NCBI GenBank assembly: GCA_963735035.1
Contig: CAVTJJ010000005.1
Span: forward strand, 32,001-96,000
Direction: 5' to 3'
DNA from: an uncultured candidate division Zixibacteria bacterium
GTDB taxonomy: Bacteria > Zixibacteria > MSB-5A5 > GN15 > FEB-12
Length of the DNA stretch: 64,000 bases
Shown: in pieces, positions 50,748 through 58,784 of the stretch
Numbering within the stretch: position 1 is the stretch's first letter
Layout of the letters: every line of letters starts with the position of its first letter
The notes under the pieces: model-generated
What the model saw: the letters and a program-made list of their open reading frames with translations, nothing else
Database searches by the model: none
What the model was told of the DNA's origin: nothing
Translations under genes and position numbers: made by a program

Positions 50748-51736
50748 CTGGATTCACATTTGAAGTGCAACAGTTCGAGCCAAAAGAACTCTGCTGGAGT
50801 GAGGAAGTCCAGGCATTTTCGAGGCGTGTTATTGTAGATTTGAAAGAAGTCTGCGAACCGTCTCGGCGAGAGTTTGGTCAAGTCGGTTGACCGAGGGAGT
50901 CGGCGTCGGAGGCGACCGATTCCATTTTCGACGCCGCCTTTCTGCCAGGGTGAGTAGGTGTTACAGAAGTAGGTCTCGATGTCGTGGTCATGGAGTCGGT
51001 AGTGCTGGCCGAACTCGGGACCGTTATCGAAGGTGATGGTCTGTCGCCAGGCGGGCGGCAAGGGTGCCAGGAGAGTGCACATGGCCTTAGCAACCGAGGC
51101 GGCATCTTTGGCGGGTAGCTTAACCCCCATCATCAGGCGTGAGTGTCGCTCATGAAGGACGAGGACGCTCTGATCGGGTTTTCGGAAGTTCATGAGATCA
51201 CCTTCCCAGTGTCCTGGTGTTTTCCGGCTCTTGGCGCTCTTCGGCCGCGCGGAGATAGGGCACCGCAGGGCTATAGACGACGTCGACCGACCTCTCTTGC
51301 ACCCTCGCCAGCTACGTCTGGCTCGGCCACGGATCAGTAAGTACCGCCAAGTGTAATCCTTAGTACGGGCGATCTGCGCGTAGATAAACCGGTAGATCGT
51401 TTCGTAGGAAATCACCTTCCGGCCCATCTCCACGGCCAGCCTTCCCGCGACCAACTCCGGAGACAAACCATTAGCTAGTCCCATCACTACCATGTCGCGC
51501 AGTTCTGGACGGCGATCCAATTTGGAGCCGGTCCAACGCCGGGCACGGCTCTGGTCGTTGGCATAGGCGGGCAGGTAACCGCTTTGTCGGCTGCGATTTC
51601 GCCTTATCTCCCGAGCAATGGTCGATGGCGCGCGATCCAGAGCTGCCGCGATTTGCCGGAGCGACCGCCCGTTGGTGTGTAAGCGGGCAATCTCACACCG
51701 CTCTTCAAGATTGATCTGTGCATATCTTCGTTCCAT
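50738..51736 (-). CDS. IS30-family transposase
   Basis: N-terminal HTH (SLRQIAAALDRAPSTIAREIRRN), GHWEGD, TITFDNG, WQKGGVEN, NNTPRKCL. Confidence 0.96.
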   Translation of the reverse strand: MERRYAQINLEERCEIARLHTNGRSLRQIAAALDRAPSTIAREIRRNRSRQSGYLPAYANDQSRARRWTGSKLDRRPELRDMVVMGLANGLSPELVAGRLAVEMGRKVISYETIYRFIYAQIARTKDYTWRYLLIRGRARRSWRGCKRGRSTSSIALRCPISARPKSAKSRKTPGHWEGDLMNFRKPDQSVLVLHERHSRLMMGVKLPAKDAASVAKAMCTLLAPLPPAWRQTITFDNGPEFGQHYRLHDHDIETYFCNTYSPWQKGGVENGIGRLRRRLPRSTDLTKLSPRRFADFFQIYNNTPRKCLDFLTPAEFFWLELLHFKCESSPA

Positions 51737-51779
51737 GACAACACCTTTAACAGGTGTTGCACTTCGTTTGTGAACTTAG
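50748..51779 (-). mobile_element. IS30-family insertion sequence
   Basis: Imperfect 25-bp terminal inverted repeats CTGGATTCACATTTGAAGTGCAACA / TGTTGCACTTCGTTTGTGAACTTAG; the exact ends are ambiguous by a few bases in the flanking G runs. Confidence 0.9.
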
Positions 51780-51924
51780 GGGGGCATCCAAGAAGCCGTG
51801 CCCGGTCCGCCGCGGCGGACCCACATCTGCCGACGAGTACATGATCCGCAACCAACTTGATCGGCAACTGACTTAAGCGGCAGCTAACTTGATCGGCAAG
51901 GTTCCACCCCTGCCGTTTTATGTT

Positions 51925-52114
51925 CCGGCAGGCGCGGAGGCCTGCCGATTACGAGGCGTTCTGTTCCAGCAGGCGCGGAGGCCTGCCGATCACGAGGGGA
52001 TCTGTTCCGGCCGGCGCAGAGGCCTGCCGATTAAAGGGGGATTCGTCCCGGCAGGCGCGGAGGCCTGCCGATTAAACGAGGTTTTCTTTTCGGCAGGCGC
52101 AGAGGCCTGCCGAT
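51925..52114. repeat. Five-copy tandem array of a 25-bp palindrome, period 41-42 bp
   Basis: CCGGCAGGCGC(G/A)GAGGCCTGCCGAT at 51925, 51966, 52007, 52048 and 52090. Confidence 0.92.
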
Positions 52115-52145
52115 CACTAGCGGCGAGCGCATTCAGAAATCTATC

Positions 52146-53087
52146 TCAGTTATCCTTCTCCAACCATTCCAACATAGCCTTGATGCTTCCAGTGGCTAGG
52201 GCGATGCTCGTGTCGGCGGCCCCGTAATAGACATGAATAGTATCCCCATCGGGAAGAATCGTTTGACCGCAGGGAAAAACCACATTCCCGACGTCGCCTT
52301 GTAACTCGTAGGAATCCTCAGGACCAAAAATCCACTGACTGCCTCGTTTGAGACACACCTCAGGGGACTTCAGGTCGAACAGCGCAAGACCAAGTCGATA
52401 TATCGCTCCCGCGGCGGTATGTCGCACGCCATGGTAGAGCATCAGCCAGCCCTTCGGAGTCTCGATCGGGGGAGACGAGAGACCGATCTTGTTAGCATCC
52501 CACCACCCACCACGGCGGGCTTCGAGCATGATCTTGTGACTACCCCAGTGAGTAAGGTCAGGCGAGTACGAAATCCAAATGTGCGCTCGGGGCGAACTGA
52601 CCGGTCGATGAATCAGCGCCCAGCGACCGTCGATGCGATGCGGCAGCAAAGTAGCGTCTTTATCTTCCGGGGGCATGATTACGCCGTAGCGTTTGAACTG
52701 GCGGAAATCTTCGGTAGTCGCCAGCGCCACGCCTGGTCCGTCGCGAGTGAAAGCGGTATAGACAATGACATACTTACTCAGCTCAGGGACATAAGTAATG
52801 CGTGGATCTTCAATGCCCCAAATCTCCTCGGGAAAATGCTCCGGATCCGGCATCAAAGTTGGTTCCGGATCAATCTGCCAGCCATCCAGGCCATTGGCTG
52901 AGCGGGCCGCACAGAGATGAGACTGGCCGCGTCGATCTTCAACGCGACACAAGAGCAGGGTGGTGCCATCCGGCAACAACGTCGCGCCGGGATTGAACAC
53001 GCTATTAACAGGATAGGGCCAGTTCGTGGACGTTAACATCGGGTTGCGACTGTGACGCCGAAGAAGTTCGGGGTGCGAATTGCTCAT
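52146..53087 (-). CDS. GH130-like glycosidase/phosphorylase
   Basis: SVFNPGA, RVED, GIEDPRIT, DKDA.L.P, HRP, YHGV, NVVFPCG, YYGAAD. Confidence 0.9.
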   Translation of the reverse strand: MSNSHPELLRRHSRNPMLTSTNWPYPVNSVFNPGATLLPDGTTLLLCRVEDRRGQSHLCAARSANGLDGWQIDPEPTLMPDPEHFPEEIWGIEDPRITYVPELSKYVIVYTAFTRDGPGVALATTEDFRQFKRYGVIMPPEDKDATLLPHRIDGRWALIHRPVSSPRAHIWISYSPDLTHWGSHKIMLEARRGGWWDANKIGLSSPPIETPKGWLMLYHGVRHTAAGAIYRLGLALFDLKSPEVCLKRGSQWIFGPEDSYELQGDVGNVVFPCGQTILPDGDTIHVYYGAADTSIALATGSIKAMLEWLEKDN

Positions 53088-53108
53088 CAGGTATGATTCT
53101 CCCACAGG

Positions 53109-55394
53109 CTAAAAAGTGTTCTCGGCCAGGCGCAGTTCCAGTAACGACTGGAGGAAGGCGAGCGTAGATTCGGCGCCGAGATTGGCGTTGGCGCGGTCGG
53201 GGTGAAGGCCGTCGCGACATCCCCCCGTAGTAGGGTCGTAGATAGATAGATTCAGATCGTTGCGTCCAAGGAACCATTCAAAGGCGCGTTGGGCTTCCTT
53301 GCGCCAGAGATCGTCATGAGTGATGCGATAGGCCTCGAGACAGGCCGACACCATGGCCTGGCCTTCGACTGGCTGCTGATCGAAGCGGGCGCGGTCGTGA
53401 CCTCGTTGATAGAAGCCGTTGGATCCGATCGGGACAAAATGCCCGCCTTTGCCGGCTCGTTGAACGTTAGTCAACCAGGTGAGCGATTCCAGTCCGGCGT
53501 CGATCATGGCCGCACTCTGAACCGATTGTCCGCAAATAAGCGAAGCGTGGGGTAGGACGGCGTTGCAGTAGGTAAGTCCCTCTTCGTACCAGCGCCAGTC
53601 GTCCGAGCGACACTTCTTATACAACGACAGGAGACGCTGGGATAATACTTCCTGAACCTGGCTGGCGCGTCGATCTCCGGCAAACCGGTGGAGGTATTCA
53701 TGGATGCCGATGAGCGCGAAGGCCCAGGCGCGAGGACTGGTCGTGTTGACAATGGCCGGCAATGCCCGCTCGAACAGCCACCCGGCCATACTCTGAAGCG
53801 CCGGGGTATGAGAGCGACCCAGAACCGTCCCGAGAGCCCACAACGCGCGGCCATGGCTGTCGTCGGAGCCGGTTGCTTCGAGCCAGGTACGCTGGTAGGT
53901 CATGAAATTGCGAAATCGTCCCGTCTCGGCATTGTACGCATACCAGATGAAAGCGAGATAGCGCGAGGCCAATTCGAAAGCCTCCTGATTGCCGACATCT
54001 TCGAGCAGCGCGCTCACCGTAAGGGCACGGGCATTGTCATCCGTGGTGTACCCTTCGTGATAATTCGGGATGGTGAAGATGGCATGCTGCAGGATACCGG
54101 TCTCGTCGGTCATGTTCAGCAGGTGATCGAGTTTCAGAGGCGGCAGTTCGCCCGGATGTTTATCGAGAGCCTTGACTGCAAAGCCCGGGTGGCTGAAATG
54201 GCGTCGACCGGCTCGCGCGCGCTCGAAAGTCTCGCGATAGCGACGAGCAACCTGCGGCCAGATCATTTCCCGTCCGAACAGGTAGGCGCGTTTGCGCATG
54301 GCATGACGTGCGGCTTCGTCACTCAACAGATCGTTGACCTTTCGGGCAAGAGCAGGCGGATCTCGAAACGGAACCAGAACGCCGCGCTCATCAGCCAGCA
54401 TTTCTTCGGCGTACCAGTACGGTGTCGAGATTACTGCCTTCCCGGCGCCCAGTGTGTACGCGAGCGTGCCGGAAGTGATCTGCGCCTTGTTGAGATAGGG
54501 CGTGATGTATATATCCGCGGCTCCAATAAACTCAATCAGTTCTTCCAGACTAACAAAGCGGTTGTAGAAAATGACATTGCTCTCGACGCCCCGCTCACGC
54601 GCCAGCCACTGCAGCGAAAGACGATAGGCCTCGCCGTCGGTTTCTATGACGTGAGGATGCGTCTCGCCCAGAATTATGTAGACTACATTGGGATGTACAG
54701 CCAGAATCTCGGGGAGGGCTTCGATGACATTCTCGATCCCCTTGCTGGCCGAAAGCAAACCGAAACTGAGCAGGACCATTTTCCCTTCGACACCGAACAA
54801 ATCCTTGTGAAAACTCGGGTCAACAAAGGGCACGTCGGGGATGCCGTGGGGGATGACGTCGATCTTGTCGGCAGACACATGGTAGATATCTGTCAGGAAA
54901 TCTTTGCCGCGCTGGCTCATTACTACTAGTCGGTCAGAGAGAGTGACAATTTCTTCCAACACCGACCGCTGGTCCGCATCCGGTTCGAGCAACACGGTGT
55001 GCAGGGTCGTGACAATCGGCATACGCAGTTCGCGAAGGAGCGCCAGGACGTGGCTGCCGGCCCTACCTCCGAAGATACCATATTCGTGCTGCAGACAGAC
55101 CAGATCGACATTGTTGATATTCAAGAAGTCAGCCGCGCGGCGATATGATTCAATGTCTTTTTCGGTGAGCTCGAAACGAACGCGGGCGGGATATTCGTAT
55201 CCTTCGTCGGTGTCATTCACCGGCAGGGCGATACAGGTCGTTCCTTCGCGTTCGGCGGCGACTGCTTCACACAAATCGGTGGTGAATGTAGCGATACCAC
55301 AGCGTCGCGGCAGGTAATTGCCGACAAACGCAATGCGCTTGATAATCGGGCTGTCGTCGCCTTGTGGCATGGTCGGCAGGTTCCTTATTGACAA
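53109..55394 (-). CDS. GT4 glycosyltransferase fused to a C-terminal helical (glycosidase-like) domain
   Basis: YLPRRCGIATFT, QHEYGIFGG, ITSGTLAY; C-terminal YTTDDNARA, FDQQPVE; the start may be 55370. Confidence 0.9.
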   Translation of the reverse strand: MSIRNLPTMPQGDDSPIIKRIAFVGNYLPRRCGIATFTTDLCEAVAAEREGTTCIALPVNDTDEGYEYPARVRFELTEKDIESYRRAADFLNINNVDLVCLQHEYGIFGGRAGSHVLALLRELRMPIVTTLHTVLLEPDADQRSVLEEIVTLSDRLVVMSQRGKDFLTDIYHVSADKIDVIPHGIPDVPFVDPSFHKDLFGVEGKMVLLSFGLLSASKGIENVIEALPEILAVHPNVVYIILGETHPHVIETDGEAYRLSLQWLARERGVESNVIFYNRFVSLEELIEFIGAADIYITPYLNKAQITSGTLAYTLGAGKAVISTPYWYAEEMLADERGVLVPFRDPPALARKVNDLLSDEAARHAMRKRAYLFGREMIWPQVARRYRETFERARAGRRHFSHPGFAVKALDKHPGELPPLKLDHLLNMTDETGILQHAIFTIPNYHEGYTTDDNARALTVSALLEDVGNQEAFELASRYLAFIWYAYNAETGRFRNFMTYQRTWLEATGSDDSHGRALWALGTVLGRSHTPALQSMAGWLFERALPAIVNTTSPRAWAFALIGIHEYLHRFAGDRRASQVQEVLSQRLLSLYKKCRSDDWRWYEEGLTYCNAVLPHASLICGQSVQSAAMIDAGLESLTWLTNVQRAGKGGHFVPIGSNGFYQRGHDRARFDQQPVEGQAMVSACLEAYRITHDDLWRKEAQRAFEWFLGRNDLNLSIYDPTTGGCRDGLHPDRANANLGAESTLAFLQSLLELRLAENTF

Positions 55395-55838
55395 CGTTAG
55401 GTGATGGCAGGCTCACGAGCCTGTAGTGATGATCCAATTATCACTAGGTAGTCCCCACAGCACAAGAAATATCTGCATTAATGCGAGACAGGCTATTCCA
55501 GGTCAAATCACTGCCAGGCAGTAGCTACAGGTGCCGTATCCGATGGCATTTGGTCACAGGACACATGCTTGCAGAGGTCGCGCTCGTCGGCTGCTTCCGG
55601 TTATACTTATCATGATCTTCTTTGATGGTCACGCTCTGCCGGCGTCATGAAATACGGCCGGGTGTTATCAGACCTCGCGCGGGCTGTTTGACGGTTATGT
55701 GCCGCCAGGGCTCCGGCGAGAAACCCCGGTATCATGCCGACTATGATCCAAGCTACTACTGACATTAGTTGTCCCTTCAGAGTGTGAGCAAGAATGCGTG
55801 GGCGGCAGACGTCCTCGTCTGCCCCAAGTAAGCGAAAT

Positions 55839-56072
55839 CTATTCCTCTTGCACCTTCAGAACGTTGCCACCCAGTTCCTTCCCCTGCATGCCGATGATCG
55901 CCGCGCTGGCGTGGTCATTGGAGGGCATGTCCACCTGGCCGAAGCCTTTAGCTTCGCCGTGCACTTTGTACGCGCTGATGCTGCATTCGGCGACCGGGCC
56001 GAACGGCTCGAAGCATCCGCGAAGTTCCGCCACCGAAGTGGCAGGTGATAGGTTTCCGACGTAGATATTCAT
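55839..56072 (-). CDS. RRM RNA-binding protein (short, divergent)
   Basis: MNIYVGNL, KGFGQVDM; SD aaggag. Confidence 0.85.
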   Translation of the reverse strand: MNIYVGNLSPATSVAELRGCFEPFGPVAECSISAYKVHGEAKGFGQVDMPSNDHASAAIIGMQGKELGGNVLKVQEE

Positions 56073-56303
56073 ACTACATCTCCTTTGGTTCCCATGTCAC
56101 GGTTCGGGTATCGCCTGGTCACGATGCCGGAATACGCCGTGGTGACGCCTTATTGCGTCATTGTTACCTGATCAAGGGTTAGACAAGGATTGTTTTGCCG
56201 GGACAAAACTTGAGAAACGATCAATGGGTAGACACTAGGTCTATGTATAGTATACGTTTGAAACGCTCTAACGCCTACGTTTATTTCTGTCGGCGCCTTG
56301 TCT

Positions 56304-56404
56304 CGGCAGGCGCAGAGGCCTGCCGATTACAGGTGCAAAAACTGATCGGCAGGGTTCCATCCCTGCCGTTCTTCATTCGGTAGGCGCAGAGGCCTGCCGA
56401 TCAC
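56304..56404. repeat. REP-like hairpins (GATC-type family)
   Basis: cggcaggcgcagaggcctgccgat and gatcggcagggttccatccctgccg. Confidence 0.85.
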
Positions 56405-56488
56405 GACCGCATGACGTCTTGTAGGTCGTGACCATTGTGCCTGCTCGCTGAGGCGAGGTCCCGACATTCCGCTTCAAACGCTGCTGCC

Positions 56489-56522
56489 AAAAAAAGGAGA
56501 CCGGTCACAGACCGATCTCCTT
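56489..56522 (-). terminator. Terminator after RRM gene 3
   Basis: A run plus ggagaccggtc-aca-gaccgatctcc. Confidence 0.7.
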
Positions 56523-56570
56523 CAAGATCAATGCCACAGCATTGCGGCCGTGGATTCGGTCAGGTCGAGA

Positions 56571-56861
56571 CTAGTAAACCTTGCGGTAGTTGTTATTACC
56601 ACCACGGTTGCCACTGTCTTCGCGCGGCTTCGCCTGATTGACATTCCAGGCGCGGCCGTTCTGGTCGTGACCGTTGAGTCCGCTGATGGCCGCATTGGCC
56701 TCGGCCGCTGTCGGCATTTCGACAAAGGCAAAACCTTTGGGCTGGCCGCTGTCACGGTCGGTGATGACCTTGACGGTTGAAACTTCGCCGTAGCCTGAGA
56801 AGGCCACGCGCAATTGATCTTCTGTCGTATCATACGACATGTTGCCGATGTAGATATTCAT
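56571..56861 (-). CDS. RRM RNA-binding protein (Rbp-like)
   Basis: MNIYIGNM, KGFAFVEM. Confidence 0.95.
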   Translation of the reverse strand: MNIYIGNMSYDTTEDQLRVAFSGYGEVSTVKVITDRDSGQPKGFAFVEMPTAAEANAAISGLNGHDQNGRAWNVNQAKPREDSGNRGGNNNYRKVY

Positions 56862-57035
56862 TCTACACTCCATTCATATTACTCTTGACGAGGCCTGGCT
56901 GCATAGAGAAGCCGGTCATCTCAAGAGCGTTGATAAAGCGCATGATTGCGCGATCAATTCGAGATAGAACAATTTGGCGGAGAGTTGTAGATTAGGACAA
57001 GACTTCGAGAAAAGGTCAGACTCAAATCAATGTTT

Positions 57036-57064
57036 ACTATACAGTATAACGGCATTTATGTCGA
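57036..57064 (-). promoter_or_regulatory. sigma70-type promoter of RRM gene 3
   Basis: TCGACA-N17-TATAGT on the minus strand. Confidence 0.6.
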
Positions 57065-57198
57065 AAAGCTACAGTTTAATTTGACTTTATTTGTCCATTT
57101 TTCGCACAAATCTTTCTGTGCGATACTGATTGAGAGGGTCAAAACGTGGAGGAAATAGCCTGTAAGCTCATGCCCGGTATGGAGTGTGCCCCTTCCGT

Positions 57199-57727
57199 GA
57201 TCGGCAGGGTTCCATCCCTGCCGTTCTTCTTCCGGCAGGCGCAGAGGCCTGCCGATCACAGGGGGTAATCACCGTGCCCGGCAGATGCCCACATCTGCCG
57301 ACGAAATACTGATCGGCAGGGTTCCATCCCTGCCGTTCTTCTTCCGGCAGGCACAGAGGCCTGCCGATCACAGGGGGTAATCACCGTGCCCGGCAGATGT
57401 CCACGTCTGCCGACGAGAACGCGACACCTTGTTCGTAGTTCCCAGCACCCCACTCCGTCATTCCCGGCTTGGCCGGGAATCCATGGGCCGTAGCGATCGA
57501 TATTGCACCCGCTTCTACGTGAGCACCGAATTAACGCTGGGACAAGCGAGTTCTGCGCTCTCCCGTGTGACTGATCGCCTTATGCGGACGCGAGTGGTCA
57601 TGGGTGCCCGACGTCTCGGGCATGACGGGACTAGTGTCCCGTTTCGCGGTTGGTGGCCCCAATCTATGATCGGCAGGGTTCCATCCCTGCCGTTCTTCTT
57701 CCGGGAGGCACAGAGGCCTGCCGATCA
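57199..57727. repeat. REP-like cluster including a 112-bp tandem duplication
   Basis: 57199-57304 is nearly identical to 57311-57416. Confidence 0.9.
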
Positions 57728-57808
57728 CGGGCGCACGAAGTGATTGACACGCTCCCATCACTGCATTATCAAACCGGCGTCCGAACAACAAATACATGAG
57801 GCAACAAC

Positions 57809-58213
57809 ATGACTAACCACTTCGACGACCCGGTAAAACAGGAAATCTGGCAAACCCTGCGCGCGCTCAACGACGCCTGGACCAAGGGTCATCCCGACGA
57901 TCTGAACAATTACTTCCACAAAGACATGGTCGCGATTACGCCGATGGATCGCGGTCGTCTCGACGGTCGCGACGCTTGTGTGACGTCGTGGACCAACTTC
58001 GCGAAGGCGGCCACGATTCACTATTGGAAGGAGCTCGAACCGAAGATTCAGGTGTATGGCCAGACGGCAGTTGTTACGTACTATTATGATATGTCGTTCG
58101 ACATGGGCGGGAAGACGATCACACTTCAGGGCCGCGACATGTTTACGTTCGTGAAGGAAGACGGCCGCTGGCGGGCGGTCGCCGACCAGTTCTCGCGCCA
58201 ACCCACCGAATAA
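57809..58213 (+). CDS. NTF2-like (DUF4440/SnoaL) protein
   Basis: NDAW..G, YG.TAVVTY, G.D.F.FVKEDGRW; SD gagg. Confidence 0.87.
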   Translation: MTNHFDDPVKQEIWQTLRALNDAWTKGHPDDLNNYFHKDMVAITPMDRGRLDGRDACVTSWTNFAKAATIHYWKELEPKIQVYGQTAVVTYYYDMSFDMGGKTITLQGRDMFTFVKEDGRWRAVADQFSRQPTE

Positions 58214-58223
58214 CGAGCGTTTC

Positions 58224-58604
58224 TGGTGCCCCACCGCTTGCGGTGGGTTTATACGTGGGCGGCAGAAACCGCCCCCGACTTGATCGGGGGTCCTCGTCTG
58301 CCCCAAATATCTTCAAGGGTTGTGATATTACGGAGCGCACGCTCCGTCACCCCGGTGAAAACCGGGGCCCAGTTGTGTTGGAAAGAGCGCAGACGCCAAT
58401 GTACAAGCATTCGTAGCGATGGGAGGAGTCAGGCATTACGCCGCTGCCTTAGCGATCACAACTGGGTCCCGACTTTCGTCGGGATGACGGGACTAGTGTC
58501 CCGTTTCTTAGCTGATGGCCCCATTCTGTGATCGGCAGGGTTCCATCCCTGCCGATTACAGGGGGTAATCACCGTGCCTGGCAGATGCCCACATCTGCCG
58601 ACGA
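58224..58604. repeat. REP-like cluster
   Basis: Several repeat families; 58484-58554 repeats 57622-57692. Confidence 0.88.
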
Positions 58605-58639
58605 GACCAACCGCCGCCTCACTTTTCGCTCGCCGCATC

Positions 58640-58668
58640 TTGACACAATCTCATCACAGAGCTATAAT
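58640..58668 (+). promoter_or_regulatory. Perfect-consensus sigma70 promoter
   Basis: TTGACA-N17-TATAAT. Confidence 0.75.
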
Positions 58669-58784
58669 ACCACCATGCGAGGAAGCAGCGCGGGGCAGTA
58701 CAGAGTATCGTGTGAACCCGCCCAAGAGCGAGTGGGACACCGGTCCAAATGTGCAGTAGGAGTTCTCAAGAAGGGAGCATCTCA

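Noticed and set aside
51925..52114. CRISPR array
   Set aside because: The spacers are only 16-17 bp and mutually similar, the repeat is a dispersed element, and there are no cas genes in the window.
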